Part shown: in pieces, positions 10,072-18,283 of the stretch
How positions within the stretch are numbered: position 1 is the first letter of the stretch
Layout of the letters: every line of letters starts with the position of its first letter
Origin: a virus
Taxonomy: Duplodnaviria; Heunggongvirae; Uroviricota; Caudoviricetes
DNA: 64,000 bases
Virus record (IMG/VR): IMGVR_UViG_2671181136_000006
Direction: 5' to 3' (one strand)
Notes under the pieces: model-generated
Databases searched by the model: none
The model's input: the letters and a program-made list of their open reading frames with translations, nothing else
What the model was told of the DNA's origin: nothing
Position numbers and translations under genes: made by a program

Positions 10072-10326
10072 TCATTGTGATTGATTATTTTCTCTACCAT
10101 GTAGTTGAACATTCAAGGCAAACACCTCATTGATCAACTCACCTAAAAGCTGTTCAACAAGTTCGCGATGCTCGCCAAGATGCAAGCACTTAATTGCCCA
10201 TTCGTACAAGTTGAAAGCCTGCTCACGATCTTTCATCATTTCACGAGCCTGGGCCAGAAAATCGCTCTCTACGAGCGCAACGACATTAGTCGGGTATGAC
10301 ATGTTGGTTTCCTTAAAGTGGTTCAT
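10072..10326 (-). CDS. hypothetical protein
   Basis: 84-aa ORF. Confidence 0.35.
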   Translation of the reverse strand: MNHFKETNMSYPTNVVALVESDFLAQAREMMKDREQAFNLYEWAIKCLHLGEHRELVEQLLGELINEVFALNVQLHGRENNQSQ

Positions 10327-10404
10327 AAAATCGATTTTAAAGCGTCTGGTAAGGGGTTCTAGTGGATTCTGTAGTGATGTTCAGGTCTGGAGTCTCTGAT
10401 ACAA

Positions 10405-10468
10405 AGCTGCCTGCTTCCGTATATTAATAATTAATATGTAGTTATTTATATATACAGAAGCAGGCTAA
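10405..10468. repeat. about 60-bp element: 14-bp inverted arms (CCTGCTTCCGTATA) flanking AT-rich spacer; second copy at 56495-56555
   Basis: direct sequence comparison of the two loci. Confidence 0.7.
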
Positions 10469-10487
10469 TTACAGACGCCAGAACAAA

Positions 10488-11081
10488 CTAAGCAGCCTTC
10501 TTTGATGGTCTTTTTTTCCTGATCACATTCGCAGGATCATACCCTCCCAGACTTTTCATGACGTCCAAAGGGATCTTGCTTATAGAGTGCCCAGCGTCCT
10601 GACAGAATCCTCGAAAAACAACGAGCATACTGCCACCTGGGTTGATGTTTACTTCTACCTGACCCAGATTTACGTCAGGCTCGACAAACGCTACGCGGCC
10701 ACCAGACAGAATAATCGTCTCATTCGCACACTCTGTTGCACGCTCATACCACTTTGTATCTAGGGATTGAGGAATTAGCATCACTGTTGTAACTCCGCGA
10801 GCCTGCTCACGTATAGCCGCATCAATCCAGGGGTAGATTTTGGAGTAGGGTGGATTGAGGAAGGCAATTGTACCTGGCTGTCCCCATTCAGATTTCAAAG
10901 CATCACGCTCAACGCCTATGAAATTAGGCAGCTTTGCATTGTCCTTGTTGCAGGCAACGTCAACATCAAATGTCACTCCAAGATAACGTTGAATGGCAGA
11001 AAACAGCCAGTCAGGTGTTCTCCAGAGGTCACGAAGAGAGTTGTCGCGCTTTCGCTGTTTGATTTTTTCGGCTGCAATCAT
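10488..11081 (-). CDS. dam: Dam-family phage DNA N6-adenine methyltransferase
   Basis: 197 aa; NPPY motif and overall pattern of the small phage Dam MTase family. Confidence 0.7.
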   Translation of the reverse strand: MIAAEKIKQRKRDNSLRDLWRTPDWLFSAIQRYLGVTFDVDVACNKDNAKLPNFIGVERDALKSEWGQPGTIAFLNPPYSKIYPWIDAAIREQARGVTTVMLIPQSLDTKWYERATECANETIILSGGRVAFVEPDVNLGQVEVNINPGGSMLVVFRGFCQDAGHSISKIPLDVMKSLGGYDPANVIRKKRPSKKAA

Positions 11082-11264
11082 CTTCTTTCTCGATAGGTAA
11101 GTATATACCTATTTTTGCATTTGATTTTATGTCTGGCAATCAAATAAAACGCGCCAGAAATGCAAACGAGAAGCTCTCTGGCGCGTTTTTGTGGTGCTGG
11201 GTATGTGATTGGCTTACCCAGTACTATAAAGCTCTCTATGGGCTTTATTTTAAGTAGGGGAACG

Positions 11265-12074
11265 TCATCCAATAGTGTACTCCGCGACAAACTTCTTAAC
11301 GATCGGTGATTCTTCGTTCAATGTTAGATTTCCACCGTCTCTAACGGCAATTCCTGTCGCTGGAAATACAGCCATCATTTGCCCAGCCTGAGTTGACGCA
11401 GTATTAAGCGGATACGGTTTTTCTGGATTGCTCATTAAAGCAATCTTAATACTATTACTTGTAGCCTTCTTTTCTGTGAGAAGGTGTCTCATGGAAATTA
11501 CCGTGTAAACACTAATATCTGGACCTCCGCTAAACCAATTAAGAAGGTTTAATATCTTATCCTTTGCTTTGACAGGCGCGTTATCGTAAGCGTCTAAGAA
11601 AATATCTTTTTCTAAGCCCGCTTTATTGAAAAACGAATCATCTTTATCACTTAAAGTAAAACGAGGACCTCTTGCAGTACGAGCTTTTTTATTTGTATTG
11701 CTATCATTTGACTGTTGAACTTTTAATTCATCATTAACCTCAACACACTCTTCAACCTCAATAAATCCCAATTGTTCTGGCTCGTTTTCGGCAGCTTCAA
11801 CACTTTCAGCGTTAATTACGTTTATAGGCTCATGCGCTAACTCCAACTCATTTAAAGCAGAGCTGAAATCACCTGCTTTTTCTTCATTGAACAGTTCTTC
11901 GGCAACATCATCAGAACTCATGGCTACGCCAGCATCTAGGCCGAGCAGCAGATCGTCAATATCATCAGTATTTTCAACCTGTGCAGCTTTTTTTACTGGT
12001 TCATCAAGTGATTGCAACATGGCTGTCAGCTCGTCCAGATCATCATTTGTCATTACATTTTCAACCGAACTCAT
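11265..12074 (-). CDS. acidic hypothetical protein
   Basis: 269 aa, strongly acidic N-terminal half (D/E-rich). Confidence 0.4.
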   Translation of the reverse strand: MSSVENVMTNDDLDELTAMLQSLDEPVKKAAQVENTDDIDDLLLGLDAGVAMSSDDVAEELFNEEKAGDFSSALNELELAHEPINVINAESVEAAENEPEQLGFIEVEECVEVNDELKVQQSNDSNTNKKARTARGPRFTLSDKDDSFFNKAGLEKDIFLDAYDNAPVKAKDKILNLLNWFSGGPDISVYTVISMRHLLTEKKATSNSIKIALMSNPEKPYPLNTASTQAGQMMAVFPATGIAVRDGGNLTLNEESPIVKKFVAEYTIG

Positions 12075-12190
12075 GTAAGTCTCCTTCTGTTTGGTTACAT
12101 TTGCGTTTCGATGGCTGCATTTTGACTAAACCTATCAGGCGGAAAAGTATTAAATACAGGCAGGAAATGATTGAAAGGCGACTGTTCTTT

Positions 12191-12232
12191 AAAAAAAAGC
12201 CTACTTTAAACTTTTTAAAGTAGGCTTTTGTT
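12191..12232 (-). terminator. rho-independent terminator (minus-strand sense)
   Basis: AGCCTACTTTAAA / TTTAAAGTAGGCT hairpin followed by T-run on minus strand. Confidence 0.55.
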
Positions 12233-12790
12233 TTACACAATTTCAGAGGGTAATTTAAAAAATCCGTACTTATTACGTGCCTTAAAGAAGCATTGCATCA
12301 TTAAGTTTGTGTCATATAAGGCACTATGTGCTTTGGCATGATCGTATATAAAGCCAAGAGAGAAGGCCAACTCTTCAAGGCGGGGACGTTTACCGTCTTC
12401 TGTGGCCCACAATCCCGATAACATAGTATCTATAACAGGAACTTCTGGCAGTCTTACTCCATACCCTGAAAACTCGTGTCGAATAAATGGTATATCAAAT
12501 GCTTCGCCGTTATGAGCAACCCACACACTACATGCCCCCATATAAGCGCCAATTTCGCTGGCATGATTTGACAACAAAGGTTCAGCTGCGAGCTGTTCCA
12601 ATGAAATGCCATGAACGGCTTGAGCTTTCGGATCTATGTTTCTGCGAGGGTTAAAACGCATCTCCAGACTATCAATATGTCTCTGTGTCTCCAGTTCATA
12701 GCGGGTAATTGCGATTTCAATAATTTTATGACCAGCAAGGAAATCCAGTCCCGTAGACTCGATATCGATGCCTGCAACAATCGTTGTCAT
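12233..12790 (-). CDS. DnaQ-like 3'-5' exonuclease (DEDDh family)
   Basis: GIDIESTGL (Exo I), HNGEAFDIPF (Exo II), H...LYD (Exo III) motifs. Confidence 0.75.
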   Translation of the reverse strand: MTTIVAGIDIESTGLDFLAGHKIIEIAITRYELETQRHIDSLEMRFNPRRNIDPKAQAVHGISLEQLAAEPLLSNHASEIGAYMGACSVWVAHNGEAFDIPFIRHEFSGYGVRLPEVPVIDTMLSGLWATEDGKRPRLEELAFSLGFIYDHAKAHSALYDTNLMMQCFFKARNKYGFFKLPSEIV

Positions 12791-12799
12791 CAGAACTCC

Positions 12800-13219
12800 T
12801 TACAACTTCTTAGCGCCCTTAAGTAGTGCGCTACGTACAAATTGAGCCGCTTTTTTCAAAGTTTCTTCACTGGTTTCACAGACAATCGGATCTTTCCACT
12901 TACCTGACACAGTGTTGAGAATATTGATTTGGTTGCTATCCAGACAAACAGAGATATAAAGCACCGTGCCACCAGCCAGCATCAAATGCATAGGAAACAG
13001 AGGCTTTTTACTGCCTTCACTGAACTGAGACATGGCGATGTTAATGGCTTCACCCACTTGTGTACCAACAAGCCCCTGCGCAGTTTCGAATATGGCACGA
13101 ATAGCCAGACGAGCCTCTCGATCGCTCATAAGCGACCGGGAATGTTCGTCCGCTACACGAATCAAAGCCTCTGTTGTTTTCCGATCCAGTTCATCTTCAA
13201 GCAACATTTCACTAAACAT
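12800..13219 (-). CDS. hypothetical protein
   Basis: 139-aa ORF. Confidence 0.35.
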   Translation of the reverse strand: MFSEMLLEDELDRKTTEALIRVADEHSRSLMSDREARLAIRAIFETAQGLVGTQVGEAINIAMSQFSEGSKKPLFPMHLMLAGGTVLYISVCLDSNQINILNTVSGKWKDPIVCETSEETLKKAAQFVRSALLKGAKKL

Positions 13220-13280
13220 TTTTTATCCTTAACCCATTTTGAGAGTTTTATTGTCGCAATGTCGAAGAGGCGAACAATTT

Positions 13281-13925
13281 CTAATGAACGGTCACTCGGC
13301 CACAGAACCGGTTTTCTATCTTTTCTACAGCGTTATCTAGCATTCTCATCACTGATCTGGCTCTTGCTTCAACTGTGCGATACCGGTTGGAAACGACGAA
13401 GGTTTGCAGATCTCCCCTTTGCGGATGCAGGTGAATTTTTGTCAGTTCCCCGCACATCAACGCATCAATACGAGCGACATACAGACGGTCTAATGATGCT
13501 CGTTGTGACCGCAAGTAATCTCGCTCTGAGAGAGCGACCCCCGGGCGTAGGCCAGCAATGGCGTTAAAGTTTGAAATAGCAGTTTTGTGGCAAAACTTTT
13601 CGATATCGAGGGCTAACTCAATACACCGATCTTCATTTGTATGGCCGACCAAATCCAACGTGTAGGCCATAACATCAGCAGGTGTGCGATCGATAACAAA
13701 GCCTTCAGCACCACGCGTAAGTAGCTCTATATGCTTTGCTATTTCCATTTGAATCTGAAGCCGCTCATATAGAGGCATAGAATCACCTACTCGAACACCG
13801 AGGCGGCTCATCAAACTTCCGACACCAGCATCCACGTAAGGGATTCCGTAATGTTTGTCGATATATTTAGCCAGGGTTGTTTTCCCACTGCCCTGAGCAC
13901 CAGTGATCCCAATCCGGTAATCCAT
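13281..13925 (-). CDS. P-loop nucleotide kinase, probable deoxynucleoside monophosphate kinase
   Basis: Walker A GAQGSGKTT near N-terminus; position in nucleotide-metabolism operon. Confidence 0.5.
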   Translation of the reverse strand: MDYRIGITGAQGSGKTTLAKYIDKHYGIPYVDAGVGSLMSRLGVRVGDSMPLYERLQIQMEIAKHIELLTRGAEGFVIDRTPADVMAYTLDLVGHTNEDRCIELALDIEKFCHKTAISNFNAIAGLRPGVALSERDYLRSQRASLDRLYVARIDALMCGELTKIHLHPQRGDLQTFVVSNRYRTVEARARSVMRMLDNAVEKIENRFCGRVTVH

Positions 13926-14401
13926 TACGACCTTCTGTATACGATCTGCGAAAAGCCAGGCTCTTCCTCGCTGGCTCGTTGGGTATAAGCTGTTTCAACA
14001 GGCACAAAGCCTAAATTACGCATCATGCTTGCCGGGAAGAATGCATCGGCGTTTGGCACATCAACGCCGATGTGGGAGAGCCAAATCTCTTCAACATGCG
14101 GCATGAATAGCGAGTAAATTTGTTCCCCGCCAATCACCCACACAGGCTCTGGTAATCGCAACACATCATCCACACCAGCAGGGTAGAATCCATTTGGTAC
14201 AAAGCCATGAGAGCGCGTCAAAACGAGGTTATGACGCTCTGGAAGAGGGCGTTTGAGACTTTCCATCGTTTTACGCCCCATAACGACAGTGGCGTTTTTG
14301 GTGAGTCTCTTAAATAGCTTCAGATCGGTAGAACAACGCCAGGGCAGTTCGTTCGCTATGCCGATCTCATAGTTACGGCCAACAGCAGCTATCATCTTCA
14401 T
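13925..14401 (-). CDS. folA: dihydrofolate reductase
   Basis: MIAAVGRN.EIG..N.LPW....DLK.FK..T....V.MGRKT.ESL..PLP.R.N.VL.R pattern matching DHFR. Confidence 0.85.
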   Translation of the reverse strand: MKMIAAVGRNYEIGIANELPWRCSTDLKLFKRLTKNATVVMGRKTMESLKRPLPERHNLVLTRSHGFVPNGFYPAGVDDVLRLPEPVWVIGGEQIYSLFMPHVEEIWLSHIGVDVPNADAFFPASMMRNLGFVPVETAYTQRASEEEPGFSQIVYRRS

Positions 14402-14811
14402 TTGCTCACCTCATAGATGACCGGTCTATGATGAGAGTCAGCTAAAGCGGCACGGAGTCGAGGATCGTGCACCAGCGCAGCGATAAGCAGATCGCCTTTA
14501 TGCTCCGCTAATGTGCGCTTAATATGCTTCTCATAACTGGTGCTATTCGGTACGAGGTGAAGCCAGTCGTAATCAACACCAAAATCTTTCAGCCATCGTT
14601 TAGTGGGCGCTTCAAGAGTTTCAGAGCGGCTACTGATAAGCACCACTTCAGCCCCTGAGCGAGCAAAACCACGCAACATACGGCTGGTGGGGAAAATGAG
14701 TTCATCACCGGCAATGAATTGGCCTGCATCCGAGTCAGATACAGATTTACGATGGCTGGTATTTGCCAGCACACCTTCAATTTCGCATAAGACATACATA
14801 CCTCTTGCCAT
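14398..14811 (-). CDS. hypothetical protein, possible HAD-like 5'-deoxynucleotidase
   Basis: start moved to ATG at 14811 immediately after thyA stop; IEGVLAN resembles DxDGVLxD of NT5C-type nucleotidases with substitutions; weak. Confidence 0.3.
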   Translation of the reverse strand: MARGMYVLCEIEGVLANTSHRKSVSDSDAGQFIAGDELIFPTSRMLRGFARSGAEVVLISSRSETLEAPTKRWLKDFGVDYDWLHLVPNSTSYEKHIKRTLAEHKGDLLIAALVHDPRLRAALADSHHRPVIYEVSK

Positions 14812-14812
14812 A

Positions 14813-15943
14813 TCACACCGCCACTGGAACCTTGATCCACGGTAGAGGGGCATAGCCAAGAATAAGAATCTCGTCCCATTTGAAATCATCCAGCTCAGAC
14901 CATTCATTAGGGAATATAACGACCGGATCTGAATGCTCTGGAGCCTGTCGTTGCATTAGCTCACACACACCTTCCATGTGGTTGTTGTACAAATGCACGT
15001 CAAAGCCAAAATGCACAAATGCACCGGCCATGTGACCCGTAATCTTCGCGAGAAAATGAGTGAGAATGCCATAGCCAGCAATATTGAATGGCATACCAAC
15101 AAAAGTGTCTACGCTACGCTGTACGAGGCAGGAGTTGAGGATGCGTTTGGGGATTCCAAGTTCATCCAGTTCAGCTTCAGTAACACTGCCGTCCATCTCC
15201 AGATCGTATAGCATCTTGGTGTAGATAGACTCGTAACCGAGGCGACTGTGTTGAAGACCAATGTCAGTTGCCATCGTTAAACGGGTTTCAAAATCCAGTT
15301 CACGACTCCACAAAGAGAAGACAAAGTGGCAAGGTGGCAGTTTCATATCCTCAAGCTCGCCTACGTTCCATGCGTTAAGCATGATGCGACGATCGGTAGG
15401 GTTCGTGCGCAGTGTATCGACAATACGCTGTAGCTGATCGATTTCACGGGACAGCACTACGCGATCTTCACTGATACCCAGGTATCCCTCGACTTTGTAC
15501 CCGCGTTCACGGAAAGTAGCGATCTTGCTCAGATATTCACTATGGCTCACGATGCGGGTATCTTCCCATCGACGCCACTGCTTACCGTAAACCGGCCCCA
15601 AATCGCCATTCTCATCGGCCCATGCATCCCAAATCTTAACGCCGTTATCCTTGAGAAATTGGATGTTGCCCGTGCCTTTCAGATACCACTCAAGTTCGAC
15701 AAGCAGTGGCTTAAGATTTACCGCCTTTCCAGAAATAAGCGGCACAGTCCCACCAGTAAGCATGTAGTAAGAGGGAACGTAACAGGTGCTTAAAGTACCA
15801 GTGCCTGTGCGATCATCAGCCTGCACGCCGCTTTTAAGCACCGTCTCAATAACTTTTGCATACGATGCGTTTGTTACCTGACCGTTCGTATGCTCACGAT
15901 TCAAAAGGAGTGACACAAAAACCTCACAAAGATAAGTAACCAC
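14813..15943 (-). CDS. thyA: thymidylate synthase (ThyA type) with two insertions
   Basis: DRTGTGTLS, GPVYGKQWR, MKLPPCH (catalytic Cys), GMPFNIAGY, HLYNNH motifs; GTG start in track, true start uncertain. Confidence 0.9.
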   Translation of the reverse strand: MVTYLCEVFVSLLLNREHTNGQVTNASYAKVIETVLKSGVQADDRTGTGTLSTCYVPSYYMLTGGTVPLISGKAVNLKPLLVELEWYLKGTGNIQFLKDNGVKIWDAWADENGDLGPVYGKQWRRWEDTRIVSHSEYLSKIATFRERGYKVEGYLGISEDRVVLSREIDQLQRIVDTLRTNPTDRRIMLNAWNVGELEDMKLPPCHFVFSLWSRELDFETRLTMATDIGLQHSRLGYESIYTKMLYDLEMDGSVTEAELDELGIPKRILNSCLVQRSVDTFVGMPFNIAGYGILTHFLAKITGHMAGAFVHFGFDVHLYNNHMEGVCELMQRQAPEHSDPVVIFPNEWSELDDFKWDEILILGYAPLPWIKVPVAV

Positions 15944-15993
15944 TTATTCATTGCGTGAGTTTACATTTATTGAGAGAACAAGACCAGACAGAT

Positions 15994-16025
15994 AAAAAAA
16001 TGGTGGCCATAGGCCACCAAAAACG
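15994..16025 (-). terminator. rho-independent terminator
   Basis: GGTGGCCATAGGCCACC hairpin flanked by A-run/T-run. Confidence 0.55.
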
Positions 16026-16087
16026 AATAGTTGTTTCAGAAATTTAACGCGCCAGCGCAATATACACAGATAGATAACTACCTACAA

Positions 16088-16957
16088 TTATTTTTTGATC
16101 ATTCCGTACATTGCTGAGGCTTTAGCTTGCTCAACAAAGGAGGATAAATCGACATCACTATAGGTTGGAGACTTCAGAATCTTTCCATCGGAAATTCGAA
16201 AACCGATCATCTTATCGGTGCCATCAGCATGGCGAAATCCCAGGTCAGAAGAGTCGTATTTGCAGTTGGCCACAGCATGGCGACGCTCTTCGGCATCTGC
16301 AGGCCATAATTTTGTCATGTTGGACCGATGAATTTCGCCAACCAGCTCGACGACATTGATACCGAGAAAATCAGCCAGTCGATAAGTCATCATGCACGCC
16401 ACATAGATTTTGTTCATTACACGGCGCAGTTCCTGAATCAGCTCAGAATCCTTAACAGTCTTCTTCTCAAGTTTATCTGCCAGCTCTTCGAGCATACATG
16501 ACGCCTCACGAGCTTCCTGAAATGGCATTGCCATATCATCGAAAACAGTGTTACCAGGCACAAAAATTGTCTGCATAAAGCGATCAATGCTCTGTTCCTG
16601 CGTGTAATAAGTCATGCCGGTAGAAATACCACCTTTGATGGCGACCATCGTACCAACACCAACGTATAAAAAGTCGGCCATTGCATCCAGCAGTTGCTCA
16701 ATATCCCCATTCATTGCGGCTGGAATACCTTCCACTACAGCTTCTTCATGAATCAGGCTTGCACGGAGACGAAGCAGCTCTGGTGTCGGCATAACGCGTC
16801 TCGGATGCTGGAAGAGTTCATGAAACTGATCGACCATCTTGTAAATACTTTCAGTGGCTACACCATGGCCTTCATGCAACTCATATGGTTCTGGCTTAAA
16901 TCCAATGAGTCGATCGGTGGCAAGTTTCAGGTGGTCAGTCAGTTTGGTAAAGTTCAT
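16088..16957 (-). CDS. putative MazG-like nucleotide pyrophosphohydrolase (tandem all-alpha NTP-PPase)
   Basis: EE..VE......D.EQLLDAMADFLY and LEELADKLE...ELVGEI...SNMTKL patterns resemble MazG/HisE-type domains; not verified. Confidence 0.4.
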   Translation of the reverse strand: MNFTKLTDHLKLATDRLIGFKPEPYELHEGHGVATESIYKMVDQFHELFQHPRRVMPTPELLRLRASLIHEEAVVEGIPAAMNGDIEQLLDAMADFLYVGVGTMVAIKGGISTGMTYYTQEQSIDRFMQTIFVPGNTVFDDMAMPFQEAREASCMLEELADKLEKKTVKDSELIQELRRVMNKIYVACMMTYRLADFLGINVVELVGEIHRSNMTKLWPADAEERRHAVANCKYDSSDLGFRHADGTDKMIGFRISDGKILKSPTYSDVDLSSFVEQAKASAMYGMIKK

Positions 16958-17034
16958 GCTAGTTTTGCTCCTTCTTAATTCTTGTGATCCATTGTGGCCC
17001 AGCGTTGCCAGGCCACATAATGCTTTGTATCGGT

Positions 17035-18177
17035 TTACAGGTCTGCAAACTGGCTTAGAGAAGCCTTATCCACGGTAGAATCGATCTGACCTACCAGATA
17101 TGTGCTTTGCTCTGCCTCTTGTGGTGCAATTTGCAGTGTGTCGGTTAACAACCACTTGTTCATCCAGACCAGCGGATCAGTGGTAACTTCTGGAAATAAA
17201 GCCTTCAGGCCAAGACGATTCATAGCCAGATTGGTGCGGTATTTTACATAGGTTTTGAGAATATCCGCGTTTAAACCAATCATCGAACCGTCTTTGAAGA
17301 GATAGTCTGCCCAGTTCATTTCTTGTTCGGCGACTGATTTCATGGTGTCGTAAATGACGTTTTCTTCATCAGCAGCAATCTCTTTCCACAATAAACCTTC
17401 GCGACCGGTACGCATGAAGCGGATCATGCGTTCAGTTCCTTCGCAATGCAGAGCTTCATCACGGGCAATAAAGCGCATAATTTTGGTGTTACCCTCAAGC
17501 AACTTCCGTTCACCAAAGGCAAACGTACATGCAAAACTTACGTAGAAACGGATCGCCTCAAGCGCATTAATGGACACCAACGTGCGGAAAAGCTGACGAT
17601 GCAAAGGGTATGGCTCCCAGCCATATTCATTTACGTACAGACGCTCAAATTCCTTCTCACCTAACGACTGGCGCTCGCAGGTCATCCCATAAAGCCTGTC
17701 ATATTCAGCAGAGATACTGATCGCTCGGTTGATGATTTCTTCATCCGTAACAATACCGTCAAAAACAATGCTCGGATCGTCCACCATGCCACGAATAATG
17801 TGGGTGTAGCTGCGGCTATGGATAGTCTCAGAGAAAGACCACGTTTCAACCCACGTTTCCAGTTCAGGAATAGAGATAAGCGGCAGCAGCGTTGCATTTG
17901 GACTACGTCCCTGAACTGAATCGAGTAACGTTTGATAACGGAGATTGCTCAGAAAAATGTGACGTTCGTGGTCCCGCAGCTTCGTGTTGAAGTCGATACG
18001 ATCGCTCGAAATATCAACTTCTTCCGGCCGCCAGAAGAAAGACAATTGACGTTCAATCAACTTTTCAAAATCACGGTATTTTTGCTGATCGTAACGTGCC
18101 ACGTTGACAGATTGTCCGAGGAACATAGGCTCTTTGGTTGCATCATTAGCACCCAAACGGAACGTTGAATATGACAT
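17035..18177 (-). CDS. nrdB: ribonucleotide reductase class Ia beta subunit
   Basis: 380 aa; di-iron ligand pattern ([11 protein letters not shown] in CEG...) typical of NrdB. Confidence 0.95.
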   Translation of the reverse strand: MSYSTFRLGANDATKEPMFLGQSVNVARYDQQKYRDFEKLIERQLSFFWRPEEVDISSDRIDFNTKLRDHERHIFLSNLRYQTLLDSVQGRSPNATLLPLISIPELETWVETWSFSETIHSRSYTHIIRGMVDDPSIVFDGIVTDEEIINRAISISAEYDRLYGMTCERQSLGEKEFERLYVNEYGWEPYPLHRQLFRTLVSINALEAIRFYVSFACTFAFGERKLLEGNTKIMRFIARDEALHCEGTERMIRFMRTGREGLLWKEIAADEENVIYDTMKSVAEQEMNWADYLFKDGSMIGLNADILKTYVKYRTNLAMNRLGLKALFPEVTTDPLVWMNKWLLTDTLQIAPQEAEQSTYLVGQIDSTVDKASLSQFADL

Positions 18178-18283
18178 GTGTTTTTCCTTTTTCTTTTTTG
18201 GTGCGTTTAAACAAGTTGTTATCTTATGTGTTTAAACAAGGCTTACAAATCAAAGAGAAGGTGGGGATATCCCCCACCATATG

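Noticed and set aside
11078-11290. 70-aa ORF immediately upstream of dam
   Set aside because: It overlaps a dispersed-palindrome copy and the promoter region, and has a low-complexity basic sequence; more likely regulatory DNA than a gene.
14813-15943. Group I intron or intein in thymidylate synthase, as in some T-even phage td genes
   Set aside because: The reading frame is continuous through all catalytic motifs with no intein splice motifs recognised; the extra length is in-frame insertions.
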